Assembly (NCBI GenBank): GCA_965277715.1
Contig: OZ255836.1
Coordinates: forward strand, 448,001-512,000
DNA length: 64,000 nucleotides
Direction: 5' to 3'
DNA from: Gammaproteobacteria bacterium
GTDB taxonomy: Bacteria > Pseudomonadota > Gammaproteobacteria > JBCCGL01
The notes beneath the pieces were generated by a model. The model saw only the letters and a program-made list of their open reading frames with translations, had not been told where the DNA came from and made no database searches. A program made the translations under genes and the position numbers. This document shows, piece after piece, positions 50,309 to 58,566 of the stretch (its first letter is position 1; each line of letters starts with the position of its first letter).

Positions 50309-52764
50309 ACATTAAACAGACCGTCGGTGTCCCCATCATCTTCAATAAGGGGCATAGCCTCTAAATCCATTTCGTTAAGTTGTAGCGGCTCACCAAAAAA
50401 GGGGATTTGCCGGTTATGGGCTTCTTGTTCTATGGTTAATTTTGGAGCGTAATATCTGGGGTTGGCCGTTTGCAAACGGATTTTGGTTTGGGCTAGTTTT
50501 TTAGCGGAGGAACGCTCAGTAATCGCAATCGGTTTGACGTAAGGAATCTTGATATAGGCTGGTGTCCCCCCTTCATTGTTAAACAGGGCTATACCAGTAG
50601 GCAGGGTCATTAAATCACCTTGTTGCATGGCTTGGAGTTCTGGCAAACTCCAAAAGGTGGTACTAGAAATTTCTTGATATTCTTCTTTTTCGTCATAAGG
50701 GGCGGTGGTTTTCGACCGGCTGACAGCTTTGCTGTGACTCACGCTGTCACTGGTGCCTTGACTGCCGCCGGTGCTATGGCTTTGGGTGTGGGTGTTGGTA
50801 TGAGACTGACCACGAGCGTCGGCATAGCCAGTACCGCCGGAATGTCCTTCACTGTGAACTTGGCTTTTTCCCTGACCACCTCCACGGCTCGCACTGGTAC
50901 TGGAACTGCCGCCCCAATTGCTGCCGCTTGTCTTGGTGTCGGTGTAATTAGCACCAGAACTAAAGCCCTTCGTGTCGTTGGTGTTAGAGCCTGAACCGGT
51001 CGTAGCGCTTTCATTTTTGGTATGACTGTTTGACTTGGTTTTACTACGGCTTTCTGATTCGCTTTCACCAGAACTTGAGGTGCTGCTTTCGCTAAAAGCA
51101 TTTGCTACCGTTTGGCCGCCTGAATCGCTGTGTATAGCGGTAGTTGTGCCTACGCCGTCAGGGATGTATTGCGTATTTTTCCCCTGATTTTGGCTTTCGC
51201 TGTTAGTGCGTCCTGAGCTATAGCTGTAGTTGTTACTCCTAGAGCGGCTGACACCGTAAGTGTCGGCTTCGCTTTCTGTTTCTGAGGTGCCGTGTGTGAC
51301 GGAGTCGTTTTTACTCGTACCGTAGCTATGGCTTGCGTTCTTGCTTTGTGAAGTCCCATAGCTATCGGCTTGGCTGTTACTTTTCCCCCAGTTGTTGCCG
51401 CTATTTTGCCCTCTATTCCAAGTACTGTTTTGAGTCTGGCCGTGAGCGTTGGCGGTGTTCCAGCCTTCTTGCTCACTTTCGGTATGAGTCTGGGTTTCTC
51501 CGTCGCTGTAACCATCGCTAACACCATCAGAATAGTTTGTTCCCTCACTGTCGGTATGCGTTATACCATCGGCCACGGTGTGACCTTCGGAGATACTGGT
51601 TCGGGTGCTTTCTTTGGTACGAACTTTCGTTACCCACGTATTATGCTTCTCTTGCTTTAGATCATATTTGCCCGTCCAAATGAGCTTTGAAATTTGGTCG
51701 GCGTCATAAGGCGTTAACCCACCAAAGGCCACTTTAAGACGGCAGTTAGTCATAACCGAATTAAGGATTTGCTTGCCCATTTCGTCATTTTCCAACTGGG
51801 CTAAATGCTGGTGAGCCACGGTAAAAAAGATATTTTTTTTACGAATTTCATCGAGGGCGGCGGCCACTACTGGCGTTACATACTGGCCAAACTCGTCTAC
51901 GTACATATGAAATGGGGGATTGTCACGCCGTTCGTTGCGTTGCATGCCCACACGGTAAATTTCGCTCAAAAGCATGATCCCCAACATGCGTAAGTTAGCC
52001 GGATGAACACGGCCATAGTTACGTAAACTAACCAGCACAATTTTGCGCTCGGACATGATGCTGGCAAAGTCTAGGGCATTCTCTTGTTGCGACAAAACAA
52101 GCCGCATATGCTCGCTATTTAAGAGTCGAAACAACCGGTTTTGCACGCCTTCCAACATTTTGAGTTTTTCGGTACTAGAAAGCGTTTCAAAACTATCCCA
52201 AGCCGATCTAACTTGCATCGAGCTAACCCCAGACAACAATGCTTGTCGCTCGGCTTTGGCATATAAACTAATCATCGGTAGGGCTTCAACCAACGTTAGC
52301 TTATTGGCCAGTACCGGATAAAGCACATTGTAGAGCCACGATTTTAGGCGTGGAAAAGCTTCTTCCCCTTGTCCCCACGCAAACAAAATGCTTTCAATAA
52401 TGCCATCTACCGCATTGGGGAGACTGTCATAATCGCGTGGTATAGGATTAAATCCAGTGATTTGGTCGGTTTGAGCGGCTGGCTCAAATAAAATTATCCG
52501 GCTGGCCAAGTGGGGGGCTTTGTGGGCGACGTAGTCCATAATGTCATCGACTAACGCCCCGTGTGGGTCAATCACGCATGCGCCAACTTTGCGGTTTTTT
52601 AAGTCCTGCCGGATAAGCCGTTCCAAAAACTTAGATTTGCCTTTACCGGACGCACCAATAACGTGCATATGTGCTTTGCGGTCTTTGGCGTTTACCCGAA
52701 ACTCGGCACCGGTTTCGTCACGTCCAAACAGATAACTCTCTTTTTTGGAGGAGGCACTACTCAT
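50305..52764 (-). CDS. VirD4/TraD-like coupling ATPase 2 with ~300-aa Ser/Gly/Thr-rich insert
   Basis: HMHVIGASGKGKS, IDPHG, YVDEFGQ, EIRK...AHQ, VMTNC; low-complexity tract at ~50705-51610. Confidence 0.85.
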   Translation of the reverse strand: MSSASSKKESYLFGRDETGAEFRVNAKDRKAHMHVIGASGKGKSKFLERLIRQDLKNRKVGACVIDPHGALVDDIMDYVAHKAPHLASRIILFEPAAQTDQITGFNPIPRDYDSLPNAVDGIIESILFAWGQGEEAFPRLKSWLYNVLYPVLANKLTLVEALPMISLYAKAERQALLSGVSSMQVRSAWDSFETLSSTEKLKMLEGVQNRLFRLLNSEHMRLVLSQQENALDFASIMSERKIVLVSLRNYGRVHPANLRMLGIMLLSEIYRVGMQRNERRDNPPFHMYVDEFGQYVTPVVAAALDEIRKKNIFFTVAHQHLAQLENDEMGKQILNSVMTNCRLKVAFGGLTPYDADQISKLIWTGKYDLKQEKHNTWVTKVRTKESTRTSISEGHTVADGITHTDSEGTNYSDGVSDGYSDGETQTHTESEQEGWNTANAHGQTQNSTWNRGQNSGNNWGKSNSQADSYGTSQSKNASHSYGTSKNDSVTHGTSETESEADTYGVSRSRSNNYSYSSGRTNSESQNQGKNTQYIPDGVGTTTAIHSDSGGQTVANAFSESSTSSSGESESESRSKTKSNSHTKNESATTGSGSNTNDTKGFSSGANYTDTKTSGSNWGGSSSTSASRGGGQGKSQVHSEGHSGGTGYADARGQSHTNTHTQSHSTGGSQGTSDSVSHSKAVSRSKTTAPYDEKEEYQEISSTTFWSLPELQAMQQGDLMTLPTGIALFNNEGGTPAYIKIPYVKPIAITERSSAKKLAQTKIRLQTANPRYYAPKLTIEQEAHNRQIPFFGEPLQLNEMDLEAMPLIEDDGDTDGLFNV

Positions 52765-54247
52765 TGGTTAAATCCTCGTCGGTTAAGGCGCCGGTTTTAA
52801 CTTCTGCTGACGACATCAACGCGTCTATGGCTCGTTCTTTTACTTCGTCTGGCCAGTTATCACGGGCATTAATGGTATTGATTTTTTGCGCCAGGACGTC
52901 ATACATGGCTTCTAACTCATCATACTTATTTTGCGTGTTAAGCAATGAGGCTGTTTCTGGTGCGGCTACGCCTTGAGAGTCCGTTACTAGCTGGTTGAGC
53001 TTGAAAGCCAAGGTTCGTAATTGTGGGCGTTCTAAAAGGGCTACTTTTGCACCACCCTCAACGAGGGTGTAAAGTCGTTGGGTAACGGCTTCTAGTTCCA
53101 GCTTTTCGGCGTTGTCTTTGATTTGTTGTAGCTGTTGGGTAGCTTCATCTTTGATAGCTTTGGCTTCTTTGTGGGCTGCGGCTTTGATATCGGCGGCGTC
53201 TTTGTGAGTGATCGCTATTATTTCTTGGGCTTTACTTTCAGCCGAACTGACTATTTGACTGGCTTCATCCTCCGCTTGTTTTTTAGCCTCTAGCGCTTCG
53301 CGTTCTTGCTGTTTTACACGTTCCAAAATAGCGTTTTTTTGAGTTCCAGCTTCCGTTTTAATTTTGGTCGCTACTTGGGTGGCCGCTTGTGCGCCGTGTG
53401 TTCTGGCTATTTCGATAAGGTTTTCGGCTGCTTTATTGGCCTTGGTGATAATTTCTTTAGCTGTCGTGTGTGCTTTATCAACTACCTTTTTGGCTTTTTG
53501 GGTAGCATTAGTAATGCTATCGGTGATCTGTTCCTGTTTTGCTTGGTCTTTTTTGATTAGCTTTTGCAAGGATTCAATTTCTTTCTCAAGCGTTTTTTTT
53601 TGCCCCCTAAGCACCTCTACATCATCTTTTAGTTTTGCTTCATCCGCCTCTTTTTTGAGTTTATTATCAAATCTTGTTGCCCACTCCTTCGGCATTAGTT
53701 CAACCAGGGGCTGATTACGCCTCACGTATGTACCTAGATTATCATCAGGTATTAGCCACCTAACAATCTTAAAGTTATGGAAGTCTAGTCCTTGAGTTGC
53801 GTAATATAATAACTCAGTTTTTGAATCAAAGCTTATTATCTTGCGATTATTTCGATAAGCTTTTTTATTAAACGGAGAAACAAGTGTAAATTGAAATAAA
53901 GACATATCCTCAACATCTACAAGGTCTTGTGCAATAGCTTCAGAGAGAGAAATATAGGACATAACATTGAGGCATCCACGACCATCGCTAATATCTACTA
54001 ATTCTCTCTTATTTTCTTCATTTTGATAGTGATAAATTCTCTCGCCATTCTCGTAATTGAGATGTGTTACGTACCCATCCCCGTAAGCTTTCAATGGTTC
54101 AAAATAACCATCGTTTCCCTCGATACATCCAATAATTTGATGTTTAAAAATCAAATCTTTAGGTTTAACAAAAAGGGTAATCGTACACTCCTCCTCATTG
54201 TATACACCTAGATCGGCCTGAATAAAAAACTTTTTTTGTAAGCTCAA
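52757..54247 (-). CDS. Hypothetical protein with long Ala/Lys/Glu coiled coil
   Basis: Repeated A..I...A..EA periodicity in the C-terminal half; stop overlaps the T4CP start. Confidence 0.75.
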   Translation of the reverse strand: MSLQKKFFIQADLGVYNEEECTITLFVKPKDLIFKHQIIGCIEGNDGYFEPLKAYGDGYVTHLNYENGERIYHYQNEENKRELVDISDGRGCLNVMSYISLSEAIAQDLVDVEDMSLFQFTLVSPFNKKAYRNNRKIISFDSKTELLYYATQGLDFHNFKIVRWLIPDDNLGTYVRRNQPLVELMPKEWATRFDNKLKKEADEAKLKDDVEVLRGQKKTLEKEIESLQKLIKKDQAKQEQITDSITNATQKAKKVVDKAHTTAKEIITKANKAAENLIEIARTHGAQAATQVATKIKTEAGTQKNAILERVKQQEREALEAKKQAEDEASQIVSSAESKAQEIIAITHKDAADIKAAAHKEAKAIKDEATQQLQQIKDNAEKLELEAVTQRLYTLVEGGAKVALLERPQLRTLAFKLNQLVTDSQGVAAPETASLLNTQNKYDELEAMYDVLAQKINTINARDNWPDEVKERAIDALMSSAEVKTGALTDEDLTNE

Positions 54248-54444
54248 TTTTCTATCACTCTTGCTATCGATATGAACACATCATATCCTTACCCTGCGAA
54301 CAAAAATTTGGCTGTCTAGTCTTACCCACAGATACCGGCTTATTTTTTGTGTAGTTTGCGTTGGTTGCTTGATTCGCTCAATTGACTAACAAAAAACCGC
54401 GTTTTTAGTTCTTAACCCCTTATTGGTTATGCAAAACCAAAAAA

Positions 54445-54880
54445 CGGCTGCCGCACCGCTTCAAGGCGCACGGCTCTACTTTCCGGGCTATTTCCCAAAG
54501 GGAAACGCCCCGTATGTAGAGTTGGGAACGGGTTCTAGACCCCTACCCACTGATCGACGTTGGATCATTCCGCGTCCGATCTGTAATGCTCTTTGGGCAT
54601 TCTTGTTTGGGTTTCCACCTAAACAGTCGACTTCTCGTCGTCGTTAATCAGCGAAAAGCCAGTGTGTTAACCCACACTGGCTTACCTTTTATGGTCTCGT
54701 ATGCAACCAAGGCCAAATGCCGCACCCCTCACGATATACGCCTTCACTATTCCGTCAAGTTTTCACCCGAAGCACCAAGATCGAGCGCCCGAAAACAAGC
54801 AGAGGGCTTGCCTTACCTACTACAGGGTCTCATCAAAAAGCATTCCGATTATTGGGGGGCTTTTTCGCACGCGAAAAAGA
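54445..54880. other. Hairpin-dense non-coding region (candidate structured RNA or ssDNA origin)
   Basis: CTCTAC..GTAGAG enclosing TTTCCC/GGGAAA; TGTTTGGG/CCTAAACA; perfect AAGCCAGTGTG/CACACTGGCTT; CTTTTTCG/CGAAAAAG. Confidence 0.5.
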
Positions 54881-54967
54881 GAGCCTTGAAGGGATCGAAT
54901 ACCCAGATATTTTCATACCACAAAAAACGTTAAATATCGGATCAAAAACCGCTCCTGTCAAGGCGTC

Positions 54968-55137
54968 GGGTTGTTAGGGTGTATCCCTGACCCCACCCCG
55001 CTTATGAAAAACTGTTAAAACGAGGGGTGGGGTCAGGGATTTATTGAGCCAATTATTTCTCCTTATCCACATTTACCCGACAGGGGAAGCGTGGATAAGG
55101 TACTGAAATAAAAGTGAAATAACAGACCTGACAACCC
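54968..55137. repeat. Nested inverted repeats with DnaA-box pair (candidate oriT/oriV)
   Basis: 17-bp perfect IR at 54983-54999/55024-55040. 10-bp IR at 55061-55070/55091-55100, overlapping TTATCCACA (55063-55071). Outer 11-bp IR with one mismatch at 54968-54978/55127-55137. Confidence 0.7.
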
Positions 55138-55575
55138 ACCCCCCAATGTGGCCAATGCCGCGCTCCCTGTATAGTCTGACTTTATACCCTCTTTATGGGT
55201 AACTTTATAGGTAAGTGTATAGTCTTCCAGTAATATTTTTGCTTTTTTTGACCTACCACACTGATGGCCTGACTCGAAGGAGAAAACAAAGCTATGAAAT
55301 CATTGAGAAGCTTTAGACCCTGATACCCCCTATCACTAAAAACTCCCAGCTCAAGTGGAACCTTGAAAGCTATAGCGAAGTTATAGGCATTTTTTAATTT
55401 CGACATCCGCACCCAACTAGAGTAGGCATCAAAATATCATCAGGAAAGTGTAAGTGTTACTAATATGAAAGTTTTTCAGCGGATGAATTATAAGTTTTAC
55501 TTGCACAAAAACTTTCACAATTATTATTTTTGTAAATTTTTTATTATATAAAACAATTGGTTATATTATTTATAC

Positions 55576-55636
55576 GCGGTCTTGAAAACCGTTGAACCGT
55601 GAGGTTCCGGGGGTTCGAATCCCTCGCTCTCCGCCA
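55576..55636 (+). repeat. attR, duplicated 3' part of tRNA-Ser
   Basis: Identical to 28817-28877. Confidence 0.95.
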
Positions 55637-55737
55637 TTTGGTTTGGCCATGAGGCTTGTCAATTACAAACAAGGGATGAATAAAACGTAAAGGACAATAA
55701 GTACTTTCAAATAAACCTCATATCTGGGGTTGGTTAG

Positions 55738-56994
55738 TTATAGGCGATGCATACCATCCAGTGCAGTTACAGCCTGGGCAAACGGCCCCATCGGCATGTC
55801 AAAAATCCCGCCACCGATACGCCCTGCCTGGCCCTGGCAATCGAGTATGCCGAGGCTAACCAAGGGTGTGCTCGCCTGATCAACTACACGGTGAGCAGTT
55901 AAGCCGGTGAGGAAATTCAATGTGCCGAATCCGGGGTGAGTGCGTGCAAATAATTCACCGGGCCGCTGCATACCTTTGTCTGGCATAAATGCACCCAGCA
56001 GGGATTGCTGCGTTGTTGAATAATGCATGGCCATTGCGCCAAAGCCGCAGATATCGACAATCGCACTGTCGCCAATGGCGCCGAGCGCACGTTCAGCCGG
56101 GTATCCGGGGGTGTCACCACGCGGCGGGGTTGCGGTGTCCTCGAACCATTGGCCGGTCAGTCCGGCAAGCTGAATACCAACCCGTAGGCCATTGCCACCA
56201 GCGGCGGTGATAACGCTGCTGCCCGGTATCCCTGTCGCGGCACTTAATTGGCACTTACACGCGGCCATCCACAGGTTTAAAAAGAAACTGGGGCTGTCCT
56301 GTAAAAAAGCCAGTGCCTGCTGGTGCTCACCCATACCGGGTTGTAGGGCGTTGATGGTTTCACGTGTGCCCACAGGTGTGCGACCGTGGCAGTCGTCGTC
56401 TTCGGTGAGTGCGGTGGCGGCAATATCAATCAGATCGATGGGGGTGCGGTGGGCATCCACTAATGCCTCAGCAAATTCTCCGTTTAACCATTGTATATGA
56501 TGTAATACTGCCTGGTTGCATAAGCCCAGACGCATAGCCGCGCCGTTACCGCCATTAATCGGCGTATAGGTGCAGTGCGTTGGGGCGTGGCTATCGATCA
56601 CTTCGTGTACCCACATACTGGCTGATACTACGGCGGCGAGCGGTGTCACCAGATTGAAATCCTGTGCGGCTTTTAGCTGGATTTCACCGTGGCGGATTTT
56701 CGCCTCGGCTTGCGCAAAATTATCTGCCAGGCCTTCAAATACTGAGGCGATGCAGGCGGAATTCAGGATCGGTTGAGTAATTTCCCGGGGGGATGAAAAG
56801 GGTGGCCCGGCGTGTAATAACACGTTTGCCGGAAGATCAACCACATCGGCCAGTTTTTTTGAACTGCGCCAGACGGGCCGTACAGCGAGGATTGCGTCCA
56901 GCGCTTTTTCATCGGCCAATAGTTTATTCTCATGCATGTCGTTTGCTCTTTGCGCACTATTGAGGAGAAAAGAACGCATGGAACGTTCTTTCAC
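55738..56994 (-). CDS. DUF1116 (YlbE/AllG/YahG-like) protein
   Basis: LLHAGPP, DDCHGR, FFLNLWMAACK, GNG...GIQLAG, IGDSAIVDICGFG. Confidence 0.78.
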   Translation of the reverse strand: MKERSMRSFLLNSAQRANDMHENKLLADEKALDAILAVRPVWRSSKKLADVVDLPANVLLHAGPPFSSPREITQPILNSACIASVFEGLADNFAQAEAKIRHGEIQLKAAQDFNLVTPLAAVVSASMWVHEVIDSHAPTHCTYTPINGGNGAAMRLGLCNQAVLHHIQWLNGEFAEALVDAHRTPIDLIDIAATALTEDDDCHGRTPVGTRETINALQPGMGEHQQALAFLQDSPSFFLNLWMAACKCQLSAATGIPGSSVITAAGGNGLRVGIQLAGLTGQWFEDTATPPRGDTPGYPAERALGAIGDSAIVDICGFGAMAMHYSTTQQSLLGAFMPDKGMQRPGELFARTHPGFGTLNFLTGLTAHRVVDQASTPLVSLGILDCQGQAGRIGGGIFDMPMGPFAQAVTALDGMHRL

Positions 56995-57042
56995 GCCAGC
57001 CTTGGAAGGGGCAGGTATAAGGGTATACCTGACAATAGTGGC

Positions 57043-57669
57043 TCAACTGAGGCATTCGGGTTTAATCCAGGTTTCCGCAAAGTAGAGGAACGCTGTGGTG
57101 GTTTCGATGCCCGCCTGTACGCGGGGCACTGGCACGCCGGGCAATGCCTCGCCATCAATACGAATTGTGGCTTTTTGGGATTCGACCAGTAGGGTGTACA
57201 TCTCCCGGTCTTTTGGGCCAGTGAGTTCGGGCGGTAATTCCAGAGCGACGGGTTTGCCCAGCTCGCGCCACTCCAGCTCGACGGTAAACGTGTCGGTTTC
57301 GATGGTTTCACTGTAAACACTGCGATGATCACCGGCGGTGGTTATCGCGTTGGCCGTAATATAGCGTAGGTTGGCAAACGCTGGCGCGCCGCTAAACGTG
57401 GCCAGTTTGGCAATAAAGTGTTCGACCAGGTAGTGCGCCATCGCTTGATTGTCGCTGATCATGACATTGCGTATGGTGGGCAGACTGAGGGTGCTTTGCG
57501 GGTCTTCATACAACAGCAGTGCCTGACCCCGACCGGCAGGGGAATAGGCGATACGGAAAAATAAAGCCATCGCAGTAAAGGGGCCATCGGGGTCGGTTTT
57601 TAATAAAATGCCGGGGTTTTCGCCAGACCAGTCGATATCACCGGGATTGATTGTAGGTTGAATAGGCAT
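57043..57669 (-). CDS. Hypothetical protein (paralog of 57671-58336)
   Basis: Start MPIQPTINPGDIDWSGENPGI with GGAG RBS; shares NPG..WSG.NPGI, SP.GRG.A and AFL...ETW.KP with its neighbour. Confidence 0.78.
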   Translation of the reverse strand: MPIQPTINPGDIDWSGENPGILLKTDPDGPFTAMALFFRIAYSPAGRGQALLLYEDPQSTLSLPTIRNVMISDNQAMAHYLVEHFIAKLATFSGAPAFANLRYITANAITTAGDHRSVYSETIETDTFTVELEWRELGKPVALELPPELTGPKDREMYTLLVESQKATIRIDGEALPGVPVPRVQAGIETTTAFLYFAETWIKPECLS

Positions 57670-57670
57670 A

Positions 57671-58336
57671 TTAATCTCCCTGTGGAATGGGCTTGACCCA
57701 GGTTTCCGACATAGCGAGAAAAGCTGAGCGCATGCTAATCCCGAAGAAGGGGCGGTCGACGACCTGCCCTGTGAGTGGCTGGCCGTTAATCGCGATAGAG
57801 GCATCCTCCGCCTGCATAAAAAAACTGTACATATCGTGCTCACCGGTAGCCGATTGTTCTGGCGATGCCTCGACGGCAAAGGGTTCGCCAATCTGTTTCC
57901 AGTGCATTGTCAGGCTGGTTGTCTTGTTGTTTTGGTTGCTGATAAGCGTTTCACTGTATTCACCGCCCGGTATCGGATTGCCGGTGGAGTGGTGTTGGTC
58001 CATCGGTAGTTGGGTCATGTGTTGCAGGCCAACCCGACCCCGAAAGGTGGGGAATTTGCAGAGAAACGTCTCAACCAGGTAGTGCACCATCGCCGGGTTA
58101 TCGCTGATACACAAGTTGCCTGCCTGTTGGCCAGCGGCTTGGTCTGGCTCGCCGAGCACCAGCATTGCCTTGCCCCGGCCGTGTGGTGATAGCACGATAT
58201 TGAAGTACAGGGCCAGCCGCCGCCAATCGCTATTATTTGTGCCCTCTCTATTGCCATCCTTCAGGTAAATGCCGGGATTATCGCCGGACCACTCTACTGT
58301 TCCGGGGTTGACCGGTGTTCGCTGACGTTGTTGCAT
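57671..58336 (-). CDS. Hypothetical protein (paralog of 57043-57669)
   Basis: VNPGTVEWSGDNPGIYL...SAFLAMSETWVKP. Confidence 0.78.
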   Translation of the reverse strand: MQQRQRTPVNPGTVEWSGDNPGIYLKDGNREGTNNSDWRRLALYFNIVLSPHGRGKAMLVLGEPDQAAGQQAGNLCISDNPAMVHYLVETFLCKFPTFRGRVGLQHMTQLPMDQHHSTGNPIPGGEYSETLISNQNNKTTSLTMHWKQIGEPFAVEASPEQSATGEHDMYSFFMQAEDASIAINGQPLTGQVVDRPFFGISMRSAFLAMSETWVKPIPQGD

Positions 58337-58566
58337 AGTGTTTACCGAAAACCTGGTGATGAATATTCACTGTATATTCGATGCCTGCCTGTGCTCCGTC
58401 AAGTAACAAAATAGAGTGGATAAATAACCAGGTGTTATGTTGAGCCTGGAGGGGCTAATTAAATATATGATATTTGAATATGCATCGATAAAAATAAATC
58501 ACTATAATTTATGTTAACGCTACTTATACTGAAGTCACTTAATTGCGCGGGAGGTATAAAAATAGC

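Larger units (their letters stand above)
28817..55636. mobile_element. Genomic island integrated in tRNA-Ser(TGA), attL 28817-28877 and attR 55576-55636
   Basis: Identical 61-bp direct repeat GCGGTCTTGAAAACC...CTCTCCGCCA at both ends, integrase next to attL, AT-richer interior. Confidence 0.93.

Noticed and set aside
54328-54345. ACAGATACCGGCTTAT resembling the RNase P RNA 3' end
   Set aside because: No matching GAGGAAAGTCC 5' element, and the upstream DNA is protein-coding on the other strand.
54423-54977. Short overlapping ORFs as a Rep gene
   Set aside because: No Rep motifs and atypical composition; better explained as structured non-coding DNA.
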